Assembly (NCBI GenBank): GCA_964390305.1
Contig: CAYMHT010000004.1
Location: 1 to 63,379, forward strand
Length of the DNA stretch: 63,379 nucleotides
From: an uncultured Anaerolineales bacterium
GTDB taxonomy: Bacteria; Chloroflexota; Anaerolineae; B4-G1
Direction: 5' to 3'
Positions 27,100-36,764 of this stretch are shown one piece after another (within the stretch, counting starts at the first letter, position 1; each line of letters starts with the position of its first letter). Under the pieces are notes generated by a model. The model worked only from the letters and a program-made list of their open reading frames with translations. It made no database searches and was not told the DNA's origin. The position numbers were made by a program, and so were the translations under genes.

Positions 27100-29799
27100 A
27101 TGGAACGGACCGGCCTGTTAAGAATGCTTCTGCCTGTCTTGGTCGCGCTCTCTGCCGCGCTGGGAGGCTGCGGTCCGACGCCGACCGCCGAGCCAAGGTC
27201 GACTGCGACGAGTCCGCCGACTGACACGCCCACCGATGCGCCGGAGGCGGCGACGGACACTCCCGCCGCCACGGCCACTCCGCTTTCTCCTACCTCCACC
27301 CCGTCGGGGGACGGGGAACTCGTCTTTGCTTCCTTCGAAAAGCCGGCGGTGAAAGCCGAGCCGGTCATTCATCACGAGGAGATTGCCCCGGATTTGAACA
27401 ATGTGCGAAACCGCTTCCTCCTTTCCCAAATACAGCGGGATCGCTTGGCCAGCGATGGCTTTGTGGTCAGTCCTGGGGATGAGAGGGAGTTCTTCACCCT
27501 CTACGAGCGGGCTCGTTACGATAACGTGCCGATCTTCGTGACCAGTGACTCGCTGTTCCACGTTTACCACCTTCTCTTCGACAAGGTACTGCGCACGGCC
27601 GAAGTGGAGTACTTCATCCCTCTGCTCCGCCAGTTGAACCGCGCGATGCTCACCCGCACCGACGAGCTTCACCAGGCGCTGAAAGGAACTGGCTGGGAGG
27701 AGGCTGCTCGTCGGACGGTGGCCTTCGTCGGGGTGGGCAGCAAGCTACTGGAGGACGACGTCCGGGTGCCGGGCTATGTGACCGGGTTGGTCGACGAGCA
27801 ACTCGGCGCGATCGAGGAGGCGTCTCGGGTTGCACCGTCGCCCGTCTTCCCCACTCTGGAGCACGGTGAGGACTATACCCAGTATGCGCCCCGCGGTCAC
27901 TACACCAAGAGCGACGCGTTGAAGGCTTACTTCAAGAGCATGATGTGGTACGGGCGCATGACCTTCCGCTTGAAGACCAGAGATCCCCAGGCTGGCCGCG
28001 CCGAGACCCGATCGGCCCTCCTCCTGGTCCACGCGCTCCGCACCAGCCAGGTCAACGATCGCCCGGCGATGGAGGTCTGGGCGGATCTCTACAGCCCCAC
28101 GGCCTTCTTCGTGGGGCGCAGCGACGATCTCACTGTGCTCCAATATGGCAATGTCCTCGGTCAGGTATACGGTGAAGGACCCACACTCGACCGTCTGACC
28201 GACGAGGTGCTGCTCGATCAGTTCATTGCGGAAGCCCAAAAGCTGCCACCGCCGCGCATCCTGGGTATGGTCATCGGGGACTGGGAGGACGTCGAGGAGG
28301 AAACGAAGGGGCTGCGCTTCATGGGGCAGCGCTTCGTCCCCGATGCCTTCATCTTCCGCCAGTTGATGTATCGAAACGTAGGCAAGCAGCAGCCGCCCGA
28401 TCGGCGAGGTCTCCCCAACGGGCTCGACATCCCGGCCGCGATGGGCTCCGAGCGGGCCTATCAGATCTTGGAGGAGACCGGCGAGACGGATTACGACAAA
28501 TACCCGCAGCAGATGAGCGAAGTCCGTGACTGGCTGTCGGGGCTCAGCGTGGAGGAGTGGACGGGGACCCTCTACAACTCGTGGCTCTACTGTTTCCACC
28601 CTCTGCTCGACGAGCCAGGTCAGGGGTACCCGGCCTTCATGCAGTCGACGGCGTGGTTGGACAAGCAGCTGAACGCGGTGTTGGGAAGCTGGGCGGAGCT
28701 GAAGCACGACACAATTCTCTACGCCAAGCAGGCCTACGCCGAGCTGGGCGGAGGGCCGCCCCCGCCGCCGCCCGCGCCTCCAAAGGGGTATGTCGAACCG
28801 GTGCCCGAGTTCTACGCGCGGCTGGCCGCGCTGACAACCATGACGCGGGACGGTCTGGGAAAGCGGGGAATGCTGACTGAGCAGGATGACGAGAGCTTGC
28901 GGCGACTGGGTGACCTGGTACGTTCCTTCCAGGTGATGGCGGAGAAGGAGCTGCGCGGGGAGCCGTTGAGCGAGGAGGAGTACGAGACGATTCGCTTCTA
29001 CGGCGGAGAGCTGGAGCACCTGACCATGGCCGCTGCGGATAAGCCGGAGGGACAGGAGGGCATTGGCGGTCAGACCATGCCCGAGGAAGAGCCGCAGGCG
29101 GCCGTGATCGCCGACGTGGCGACCGACCCGGATCCGGAAGGCGATGGGTCAGCGAATCCTGTCGTACTGGAGGTCGGCGTGGGACGCATCGACCAGCTCC
29201 ACGCCGTGGTACCGCTCATCGAGGAGGATGGCTCCGTCACCCTTCAGGTGGCAAAGGGGGGTGTCTTCTCCTACTACGAGTTCCGCTGGCCGGCCGAGGA
29301 TCGGCTTACGGACGAGAAGTGGCGGGAGTTGCTGGACACCGACGAGGCTCCAGAGCGGCCCGAGTGGATCGCCAGCTTCTTCGTCGAGGAGGGTGAGCAC
29401 GCGGCTCTGAGAGCGGCCGTGTTCAGCTTCCAGAAATCGGTTGTCAGCGCGTTCTGGTACCTGGAACCTGGACAGTTGACGTGTGGCGAGGAAGTGCGAG
29501 AGGAGTTGAGCTCTGAGGTGATGGCTCTGCGAGAGGACAATCAGCATCAGGGCCGCGAGCTGAAGGGCGTCGATTTCCGTTCCTTCGATCGTCAGTCGGG
29601 GGACCTGGCTGTGGTCACGCTGCGCGAGACGTGGGAAGATGCCCTATACCGGGGTCAGGCACCGAGCTCCGGCGAGAAGCCCGCATCCCGGCGGGGTCCC
29701 TACACGCTGGACGTCACCTACACCCTGGAGCGAAACCAGCAGGGACGCTGGCTGGTCACCCGCGCTGTCTGCGCGGAGCAGCCGCCCGAGTGGCAGTAG
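27100..29799 (+). CDS. large secreted lipoprotein, DUF3160-like
   Basis: Signal peptide with lipobox ALGGCG, Thr/Pro-rich linker, then a large domain with FMGQRFVPDAFIF, LYNSWLY, LGSWAELKHDTILYAKQ, which I recall as DUF3160-like. ATG 27100 is 8 nt after GAGGAGG; ATG 27082 is an alternative. Confidence 0.7.
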   Translation: MERTGLLRMLLPVLVALSAALGGCGPTPTAEPRSTATSPPTDTPTDAPEAATDTPAATATPLSPTSTPSGDGELVFASFEKPAVKAEPVIHHEEIAPDLNNVRNRFLLSQIQRDRLASDGFVVSPGDEREFFTLYERARYDNVPIFVTSDSLFHVYHLLFDKVLRTAEVEYFIPLLRQLNRAMLTRTDELHQALKGTGWEEAARRTVAFVGVGSKLLEDDVRVPGYVTGLVDEQLGAIEEASRVAPSPVFPTLEHGEDYTQYAPRGHYTKSDALKAYFKSMMWYGRMTFRLKTRDPQAGRAETRSALLLVHALRTSQVNDRPAMEVWADLYSPTAFFVGRSDDLTVLQYGNVLGQVYGEGPTLDRLTDEVLLDQFIAEAQKLPPPRILGMVIGDWEDVEEETKGLRFMGQRFVPDAFIFRQLMYRNVGKQQPPDRRGLPNGLDIPAAMGSERAYQILEETGETDYDKYPQQMSEVRDWLSGLSVEEWTGTLYNSWLYCFHPLLDEPGQGYPAFMQSTAWLDKQLNAVLGSWAELKHDTILYAKQAYAELGGGPPPPPPAPPKGYVEPVPEFYARLAALTTMTRDGLGKRGMLTEQDDESLRRLGDLVRSFQVMAEKELRGEPLSEEEYETIRFYGGELEHLTMAAADKPEGQEGIGGQTMPEEEPQAAVIADVATDPDPEGDGSANPVVLEVGVGRIDQLHAVVPLIEEDGSVTLQVAKGGVFSYYEFRWPAEDRLTDEKWRELLDTDEAPERPEWIASFFVEEGEHAALRAAVFSFQKSVVSAFWYLEPGQLTCGEEVREELSSEVMALREDNQHQGRELKGVDFRSFDRQSGDLAVVTLRETWEDALYRGQAPSSGEKPASRRGPYTLDVTYTLERNQQGRWLVTRAVCAEQPPEWQ

Positions 29800-29800
29800 G

Positions 29801-31516
29801 ATGAGGCCGAGGGGAGCACAGGAGAGGGTGAGCGAGGGAAACGACGTCTCAGAGGGCCCTCTGGATCCCCCTCTCTCGTCTGTGCCGCGCCTGACCTTCC
29901 CTCTTCCCCTTCTTCTCGTCACCCTCCTTACCCTGACCATCGTCCGTGGCGCGGCAGAGAAGAACCTTCCCGACCTATCGCCCTATCCGTGGCTCTATCT
30001 GCGCAGTGGCGAACCGCTCGCGAGCGGTGAGTCGGCGGTCGAGATGATCGCGCTCGGCGACGTTATGGTCGGGCGCGATGTGTCGGGCAAGGTCTTCGAC
30101 GACGTCCGATGCTGGCTTCGCACGGCCGACGTGGTCGTGGGCAATCTGGAGTCCGTCATTGTCGACGATCCAGAAGGCCATCACTCCCATGCGAAGGAGT
30201 CGGAGTTTATTCTCCACGCGCCGCCGTCGGCGGCCACGGAGTCAAGCGACGCGGGCTTCACCGTGCTGGGATTGGCCAACAACCACGCGCTCGACTTGGG
30301 GCCCGAGGGGCTTGAGGAAACGGTTTCACATCTGCAGACGGCGGGCATCGCCGTTGTCGGCGCGGGCCCAGACGCCGAGGCCGCCCTACAACCTCTGGTG
30401 CGGGACGTAAGGGGGGTGCGGATGGCGCTCGTGGCCTTCAATGCGCTGCCTGATTCGCGGTCCGATCTGCGCGACGGAGGATGGACCGTGGCGCGATGGG
30501 ATCGGGAGCGAGCGATAGCGACCGTTGAGGCCGTCGCCAACGACGTCGACGCGCTGGTGATCTCTGTCCATTGGGGATACCAGTACCAGACGAGGGTCGA
30601 CCCGGCTCAACGCGACGCCGCTCAGGCCCTTCTCGACGCCGGCGCCGATCTGGTAGTCGGTCACCATCCTCACGTGGTGCAGACCTTCGAGATCGGCGGA
30701 CGAGGGGCCGTAGCCTTCAGCCTCGGCAACTTCGTCTTTGATCAGCAGCATGGAGAGACAGGGCGCGGTCTGGCGCTGCGTGCCTTCTTCGACCAAGAGG
30801 GTCTCCGGGCGGTTCAGGCGATCCCGGTGTGGGCCGGACCTCGCCCCCGGCTGATGACGGCCGAGGAAGGGGACTCCCTTCTGGGGAGGGTGGAGCCCTC
30901 GCCACACCGCTTGCGCTTCACCTGCCATGAGGAGGGATGTGCGCCCGTCGAGGCGGCTTCACAGGCTCCCCAGCCGACGCCATCCGGGCTCTTCTGGGGC
31001 GATTCGATCGATCTTACCGGTGACGGTCGTCCCGAACACGTGCGGAGAGTGAGCGAAGAGGTGGTCATCTACGAGGACGGTGTCGAGGTGTGGCGGAGCC
31101 CACGGGACTGGCGCGTGGTTGATCTGGCGGTTGGCGACCCTAACGATGACGGACGCAATGAGTTGCTGCTCGCCCTGTGGAAGCCCGGCCTTGATGGTCT
31201 TGAGTCTCCGGACTCGGAAGAGGAGCAGACGCCTCGCAGCCGTCCGTTCATCGTTGGCTATCGCGGGGGTGAATATCGCACGCTGTGGGGCGGCTCCGCA
31301 GTCGCGCGCCCCATCTGCGAGGTGGAGCTGGGCGATGTTGACGGCGATGGAGCCCAGGAGTTGATTGTGCTGGAGGGAAGCGACGAAAGCGAGCGTACCG
31401 TCTCTGTCTGGGTCTGGCACGGCTGGGGATTCACGTTGAAGTGGCGTAGCCAGTCAGGGGAGTACGCGGATCTCAAGTTCGATGAGGACAGGTTCTTCAG
31501 CGTCGGGGTCAAGTGA
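29801..31516 (+). CDS. CapA-family (PGA_cap metallophosphatase-like) protein with C-terminal FG-GAP/VCBS-like repeats
   Basis: N-terminal TM anchor. MIALGDVMVGR ... VVGNLE ... GLANNHALD ... ISVHWGYQY ... VVGHHPHV (CapA-like). C-terminal DLTGDGRPE, VGDPNDDGRNELL, LGDVDGDGAQELIV repeats. The ATG lies 1 nt after the upstream TAG. Confidence 0.8.
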   Translation: MRPRGAQERVSEGNDVSEGPLDPPLSSVPRLTFPLPLLLVTLLTLTIVRGAAEKNLPDLSPYPWLYLRSGEPLASGESAVEMIALGDVMVGRDVSGKVFDDVRCWLRTADVVVGNLESVIVDDPEGHHSHAKESEFILHAPPSAATESSDAGFTVLGLANNHALDLGPEGLEETVSHLQTAGIAVVGAGPDAEAALQPLVRDVRGVRMALVAFNALPDSRSDLRDGGWTVARWDRERAIATVEAVANDVDALVISVHWGYQYQTRVDPAQRDAAQALLDAGADLVVGHHPHVVQTFEIGGRGAVAFSLGNFVFDQQHGETGRGLALRAFFDQEGLRAVQAIPVWAGPRPRLMTAEEGDSLLGRVEPSPHRLRFTCHEEGCAPVEAASQAPQPTPSGLFWGDSIDLTGDGRPEHVRRVSEEVVIYEDGVEVWRSPRDWRVVDLAVGDPNDDGRNELLLALWKPGLDGLESPDSEEEQTPRSRPFIVGYRGGEYRTLWGGSAVARPICEVELGDVDGDGAQELIVLEGSDESERTVSVWVWHGWGFTLKWRSQSGEYADLKFDEDRFFSVGVK

Positions 31517-31597
31517 GCGTCGGATCGTAGGGTGGCCTTGATTCGGGACAGGTCACTGCATCTGGGAGTGGATCGAGAACGGGAGGTGTCGCCCCAT

Positions 31598-32524
31598 ATG
31601 CCGAATCGGGTTGATTTGCAGGACAAGTTCGTCGGCGGGATGGTCGGTAGTGCGTTGGGTGATGCCATCGGGGAGCTGGCGTTCCGTCGCCCCACAAAGA
31701 GCGAACTGCTCTCGGAGGTGGCGGATAGGCAGACACTCGTCTACACCGACGACACGGCGATGGCCATTGGCCTGGCCGAGTCACTGGTCGAGGTCGGCGG
31801 GCTCGACCAGCAGCATCTGGGTGACACATTCCGGGCGAATTATCGGCGCGAGCCCTGGCGAGGATACGCCTCAGGGCCGCCCACCGTCTTCTCCAGGGTG
31901 GAGCGCGAGGGAGTGACGTATCCCGAAGTGGCCCAGACGCTCTATGGCGGCGAAGGCTCGTTCGGCAACGGGGCTGCCATGCGCATTGTCTCGCTCGGAC
32001 TCCTCTTCCACGACGCATCGGATCTCTACCGGAAGGCGGAGGTGTCGGCATCGGTGACCCACGCCCATCCCCTGGGGATCGATGGTGCCGCGGTGCAGGC
32101 CCGGGCTGTGGCGCAGGCTGTGCAGCTGGATCCTGGGGAGGCTCTTCCAGTCGATGTCTTCCTGAAACAACTGCTGGATACGGCTCGGACGTCGGAGATG
32201 AGGTGTAGGTTGGCTAGCGTGCTAGACCTGGTCGAGGCGGGCGCTCACCCCTCGAGAGCAGCGCGTGAGCTTGGGCAGGGCGTGTCCGTTCATCGGTCGC
32301 TACCGTTCGCCCTCTACTGCTTCGTGCGCCACCCGGATTCCTTCCAGGACTGTCTCTTCTGTGCGGCTCTGAACGGCGGCGACCGGGACACGTTGGGGGC
32401 CATGGCCTGCGCCGTCTCCGGGGCCTATCTGGGCGCGAACGGCCTCCCACGGGCGTGGTGGGACAAGTTGGAGAACAGGACGCACATTGAATATCTGGCG
32501 GTTGAGCTTGTTAAGCTGAGTTAG
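31598..32524 (+). CDS. ADP-ribosylglycohydrolase family protein
   Basis: KFVGGMVGSALGDAIGE, YTDDTAM, GSFGNGAAMR, GGDRDTLGAMACA. ATG 31598 after GGGAGGTG. Confidence 0.85.
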   Translation: MPNRVDLQDKFVGGMVGSALGDAIGELAFRRPTKSELLSEVADRQTLVYTDDTAMAIGLAESLVEVGGLDQQHLGDTFRANYRREPWRGYASGPPTVFSRVEREGVTYPEVAQTLYGGEGSFGNGAAMRIVSLGLLFHDASDLYRKAEVSASVTHAHPLGIDGAAVQARAVAQAVQLDPGEALPVDVFLKQLLDTARTSEMRCRLASVLDLVEAGAHPSRAARELGQGVSVHRSLPFALYCFVRHPDSFQDCLFCAALNGGDRDTLGAMACAVSGAYLGANGLPRAWWDKLENRTHIEYLAVELVKLS

Positions 32525-32682
32525 CGGTGTTGCTGGGGTCGGGCGGATGTGCCGGGCCTGCGCGCCGGGTTTGGATTGGCCTGATGCTGACTTCCCGGTA
32601 CGACAAACGGCCGACGTCTGCATAGACGAGAATAAGGCTGACTTAGTGTGACACGCTGTTGAATGAGTGCGATGGAGCTTGC

Positions 32683-33288
32683 ATGAAGATCGACCTGCAC
32701 GTCCATACGCGGCCGCGCTCTCCCTGCGCTCGCTCATCCGCCGAGGAGATGATCCGTGCGGCCATCGGCGGCGGGCTGGACGGTCTGGTGATAACGGATC
32801 ACGATCGTCTGGTGCCACCCAAGGAGCTGGCTTACCTGAACGCCAAGTATAGCCCATTCCGCATATTTGGCGGGGTGGAGGTCACGACTCGTGGAGAGCA
32901 CATCCTGGTGCTGGGGGTCCGCGACGATGTTTTGGAGGAGAGGTGGTGGTCCTACCCGGATCTCCACGCGTTTGTGCGAGGACGGGGCGGGTTCCTTGCT
33001 CTGGTTCATCCCTTTCGCTTCAACCACAACCACCTGCAGATAGACGTGGAGCGCTTCCCGCCACACGCGATGGAGGTGTCGTCGCTCAATACGCCGCGGG
33101 CGGCGGAGAACCGCATCAGGGAGGTGGCCGCCCGGCTGGGTGTGCCGCTGCTCTCCAACTCCGACGCACACCACAGCAGCGACGTTGGCGCCTACTACAA
33201 CGTGCTGAACCGAGAGCCGGTGGACCTGGATGCGTTGCTGCGTACACTCAAGGAGGGTGCCTTCAAGCCCGTGGGGCCGTCGATCTAG
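32683..33288 (+). CDS. PHP-domain metal-dependent phosphoesterase
   Basis: MKIDLHVHTRPRSPC ... LVITDHD ... SNSDAHH. Confidence 0.8.
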   Translation: MKIDLHVHTRPRSPCARSSAEEMIRAAIGGGLDGLVITDHDRLVPPKELAYLNAKYSPFRIFGGVEVTTRGEHILVLGVRDDVLEERWWSYPDLHAFVRGRGGFLALVHPFRFNHNHLQIDVERFPPHAMEVSSLNTPRAAENRIREVAARLGVPLLSNSDAHHSSDVGAYYNVLNREPVDLDALLRTLKEGAFKPVGPSI

Positions 33289-33353
33289 GCGCCTGCGTCA
33301 GGGGTGTGGTCTCTCTGGTGATCGCCTCAGGAGCCTATGACGGGGATGGGACG

Positions 33354-34145
33354 ATGGAAAGCGTAAGGAGGTACGGAACGCCGCCTTTTCGCGTGGCTGT
33401 GGTCCACGGTGGTCCCGGCGCCGGCGGAGAGATGGCGCCGGTGGCCCGCAAACTGGCCTCGGGCCGTGGCGTCCTGGAACCCATCCAGACAGCGATTTCC
33501 CTGGAGGGCCAGGTCGAGGAGCTAGTGGCGGCCCTTGAGACCTGGGGGGATCCCCCCCTGGTCGTGATCGGCTTCTCCTGGGGGGCCTGGCTCAGTTTCG
33601 TCGTCGCCGCACGGTTTCCTCGCCTTGTCGAGAAGCTGATCATGGTTGGCAGCGGTCCCTTCCAGGAGAAGTACGTGGCAAGACTTCGCCAGACGAGATT
33701 GGAACGCTTCAGCGAGGAAGCGAGGGCGGAGTTCAAAGCCCTCGTCGATGCGCTGGAAGATCCCGTGAGCGGGAACAAGGATTCGTTGCTCGTTCGCCTC
33801 GAAGCTTTGGTCAGGGACTCCGACGCATACGACCCGATGCGAACCCAAGCCGAGAAGTCCGAACGGGTTGGTCCTCGGATTGATGTCTTTCAAAGGGTGT
33901 GGAGCGAGGCCGCGGAGATGAGGAGAAGCGGGGAGCTCTTGGAACTCGCGGAGCGCATCGAATGCCCGGTGGTCGCCATCCACGGTGATCACGACCCGCA
34001 TCCAGCTGAGGGGGTGCGGAGGCCCCTCGCTGCCACTTTGGAGGAGTTTCGATTCGTGCTTCTGGAAAGGTGTGGGCACAAGCCCTGGATCGAGCGGCAG
34101 GCGAGCGACGTGTTCTATCACGCCCTAAGCGCGGAGTTACCCTGA
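33354..34145 (+). CDS. alpha/beta hydrolase
   Basis: VHGGPGAGGE, nucleophile elbow GFSWGAW, C-terminal CGHKPW. ATG 33354 chosen; the 400-aa track ORF carries an implausible Arg/Gly/Pro-rich extension. Confidence 0.85.
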   Translation: MESVRRYGTPPFRVAVVHGGPGAGGEMAPVARKLASGRGVLEPIQTAISLEGQVEELVAALETWGDPPLVVIGFSWGAWLSFVVAARFPRLVEKLIMVGSGPFQEKYVARLRQTRLERFSEEARAEFKALVDALEDPVSGNKDSLLVRLEALVRDSDAYDPMRTQAEKSERVGPRIDVFQRVWSEAAEMRRSGELLELAERIECPVVAIHGDHDPHPAEGVRRPLAATLEEFRFVLLERCGHKPWIERQASDVFYHALSAELP

Positions 34146-34149
34146 TCGG

Positions 34150-34177
34150 TTGCTGGGCCCCTGCTTGCCGCTATAAT
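34150..34177 (+). promoter_or_regulatory. sigma-70-type promoter candidate giving a leaderless mRNA for the TPR gene
   Basis: TTGCTG (34150-34155), 16 nt, TATAAT (34172-34177). The GTG start at 34184 is 7 nt after the -10 box. Confidence 0.5.
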
Positions 34178-34183
34178 GACGGG

Positions 34184-35632
34184 GTGTTCCACAAACTTGG
34201 TCATCGCCTTGCTGCTTTGCTAGCTCCAGCCCTTCTTCTCGCTGGGCTGCTGGTGACCCTGCGTCCTCCCAGCAGTGACTACCTCGATCTTCTCCGTCAG
34301 GCGGAGGGCCATGCGGAGCAGACCGAGCGAACGGCTGCTGCTGCGGCCTACCGGGAGGCGGCCCAGGTCTGCCCAAATGCCCCGTTGCCCCACGTCTCAC
34401 TCGCCCAGCTCTACCTCGACTGGGGGCGGATGGACGAGGCGCTGGATGCCGTCGACGCTGCCGAACGGCTGGGGGCCGACCCGGTCGAATTGGCGCAGCT
34501 GCGGGTCGCTATCTACACGGCCTACGCGGAGACCTCCTTCACAGCGAGGCCTGCCCATTGGGAGGCGGTCGCTGAACACGCACAGAGGCTCCTGGCCCTT
34601 GAATCCGACGCTCGGGAGGTCCGTCGCGTCCTTGCTCGGGCCTACCTCGGTCTTCGGCGGTGGGAGGCGGCGCAGTCTGTCTATCGAGAGCTCATCCGTT
34701 CGGACAGCGACGACAAGCAGGCTCACGAGCGACTTGGGGCCTTGTTGTTGATGGAAGACCGGAGCGCGGTCGAGCACTTGCGGATCGCGCAGACGGAGCT
34801 CTCACATGAGCTCCTTGCCGCCTTTGCTGCGGGAAGGGCCTCCGGTGACCCCGCCTATGCAGGCCTGCGTATCGGGCGCGTTCTGATCGAGAGGCAGGAA
34901 TGGCCGTTGGCGGCGCGGCAGCTTGAGCTTTCCGTCTCTCACAATCCGAAGTCCGTTGATGCCCAGGCCTATCTCGGTCACGTCCTCGATCACATGGGCT
35001 ATCCCGACGAGGCCGGTCCTCGTCTGCTCCGGGCGACCCAGGCCGCGCCCGATTCTCCTGTGGCTCACACGTTGCTCGGCCTGCACTATGATCGACTAGG
35101 CGACACCATCGCTGCTCGTGCCGAGTACGAGATGGTGTACGATCTGGCACCGGAGAATCCAGCCATCTGTGTGGAGATTGGTGAGACCTGGTCTGCGGAG
35201 GGCCGTTACGTGGCCGCGGAGATCTGGCTTCGCGAGGCGGTCTCGCTCAGGCCCAACGATCCGGGGCTCTGGGAGATTCTGGCTCGCTTCTACCTGCAGA
35301 ACGGCATCACCTCAGACGGGCGTGCCGTCCGAGCTACTGAGGAGTTGCTCGACCTCGTTCCCGCTGAAGCCGAAGCTCACGATCTGCGCGGCTGGGCCGC
35401 CCTCGAGGCCGGTGCCTATGAGACTGCGGAGGAGCATCTGCAGCGGGCGATAGAGCTCGACCCCGGGCTGGCTTCGGCTCACTACCACCTCGGTCTGCTC
35501 CAGAGCGCTCGTGGTCATTCGAAGCAGGCCCAGGCGGCGTTCACCCGGGCGCTCGACCTCGACACGACAGGGGAGTTCAGGTCGCTGATTCAACGGGCGA
35601 GACAGAGGGAAGAGCCTGCCGACAATCGCTGA
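34184..35632 (+). CDS. membrane-anchored tetratricopeptide (TPR) repeat protein
   Basis: N-terminal TM helix (LAALLAPALLLAGLLVTL), then many TPR-like A/L/Y-rich repeats (AHYHLGLLQSARGHSKQAQAAFTRALDLD and similar). Start uncertain (GTG 34184 versus upstream GTG 34070). Confidence 0.8.
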   Translation: MFHKLGHRLAALLAPALLLAGLLVTLRPPSSDYLDLLRQAEGHAEQTERTAAAAAYREAAQVCPNAPLPHVSLAQLYLDWGRMDEALDAVDAAERLGADPVELAQLRVAIYTAYAETSFTARPAHWEAVAEHAQRLLALESDAREVRRVLARAYLGLRRWEAAQSVYRELIRSDSDDKQAHERLGALLLMEDRSAVEHLRIAQTELSHELLAAFAAGRASGDPAYAGLRIGRVLIERQEWPLAARQLELSVSHNPKSVDAQAYLGHVLDHMGYPDEAGPRLLRATQAAPDSPVAHTLLGLHYDRLGDTIAARAEYEMVYDLAPENPAICVEIGETWSAEGRYVAAEIWLREAVSLRPNDPGLWEILARFYLQNGITSDGRAVRATEELLDLVPAEAEAHDLRGWAALEAGAYETAEEHLQRAIELDPGLASAHYHLGLLQSARGHSKQAQAAFTRALDLDTTGEFRSLIQRARQREEPADNR

Positions 35633-35819
35633 GTGCTACTCTCTTTTCGTGTTTTGATGGTGATGGGCGCGCCGAGCGGTCCTCAGGCACTGGAGTTAGT
35701 TGGGCTGAGGAACGGATGTGGCACCGCGGGTTCTGATTGTGCAGTTGGTCGTACACGATCTGATGGTCCCCGGGTGAGAGGATCGGTGGTTGAGGAACGG
35801 ACCCAGGTACGGCGTCCGC

Positions 35820-36764
35820 TCAAGGGCCAAGGATGGCCGCCCCACGCAGCGATGCCAGGTCCTTGTGCCCATGTCGCTTCATATACTCCTTCAGTTCCTC
35901 GCAGGCCTTGCGGAACACCTCGATCCCTCGATAGCGGATCGCTGAGCCCATGCTGACGGCGGTCGCACCAATGAGTAGCATCTCTGCGACGTCGCGCCCC
36001 GTAGTTACGCCCCCGGTTGCCACTACCGGCACATCGACCGCTCTGCAGATGTCGTGCACACAGCGGACGGCGATAGGGCGGATCGGAGGTCCGCTCACCC
36101 CGCCCGTGCCGTGAGCGAGGACCGGGCGTCGGGTCTCGACGTTCAGGATCAGCCCTGGGCCGAGGCTGTTGATCGCCGTGATCCCGTCAGCCCCCGCTTC
36201 TACGACGGCCCGTGCGATCTCCGAGATATCCGTGACGTTTGGGGACAGCTTCACCAGCACGGGGACGTCTGTGTACCGCTTAACCTGTCGGGTGACCTGC
36301 GAGGAGACGTATGGGTCGGCGGCGAACATCTGCTGGTAACGATCATCAAGGTTTGGGCACGACACGTTCACCTCAAGGAGGTCGGGCTCTGCCTCGGAGA
36401 TGAAGCGGGTGATGGTGCCGAAGTCGTAGATTGTGTCGGCGAAGATGCTGGCGATCACCGGGACCCCGAGGGGAGCGAGCTGTGCCTTGGCTGCCTGGAT
36501 CTCCTCGACCATCACCTCCACGCCGGGGTTAGAGAGACCGACGGCGTTGATCAGGCCTGGTCCCCAGTCTAGAATGGTCGGATTAGGATAGCCCGAGCGC
36601 GGCTTGAGACTGCAGGACTTCGTGGTGACGGCGCCCGCACCGGATCGGGCCACTCGAGCCAGGACACTGTGACTCAGCCCCAGAATCCCTGACGCCAGGA
36701 CCGTCGGATTTCGCAGGTGGCATCCACACAAGTCGACAGAGATATCGATTTCCGACACCGTCAC
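35820..36764 (-). CDS. pyrD: dihydroorotate dehydrogenase (family 1)
   Basis: NPTVLASG, GAVTTKS, NVSCPN, GGVSG, ATGGV motifs. GTG start overlaps the pyrE stop (GTGA). Confidence 0.92.
   Translation of the reverse strand: MTVSEIDISVDLCGCHLRNPTVLASGILGLSHSVLARVARSGAGAVTTKSCSLKPRSGYPNPTILDWGPGLINAVGLSNPGVEVMVEEIQAAKAQLAPLGVPVIASIFADTIYDFGTITRFISEAEPDLLEVNVSCPNLDDRYQQMFAADPYVSSQVTRQVKRYTDVPVLVKLSPNVTDISEIARAVVEAGADGITAINSLGPGLILNVETRRPVLAHGTGGVSGPPIRPIAVRCVHDICRAVDVPVVATGGVTTGRDVAEMLLIGATAVSMGSAIRYRGIEVFRKACEELKEYMKRHGHKDLASLRGAAILGP

Noticed and set aside
32943-33353. Long N-terminal extensions of track ORFs (32943 for the hydrolase, 14202 for YfhO, 26881 for DUF3160, 29639 for CapA, 27038 for the desulfurase, 61782 for rpsO, 12014 for GT2, and others).
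   Set aside because: The extensions overlap upstream genes or promoters and have Arg/Gly/Pro-rich composition. Internal starts with GGAGG-type SDs coincide with the beginning of the conserved domains.
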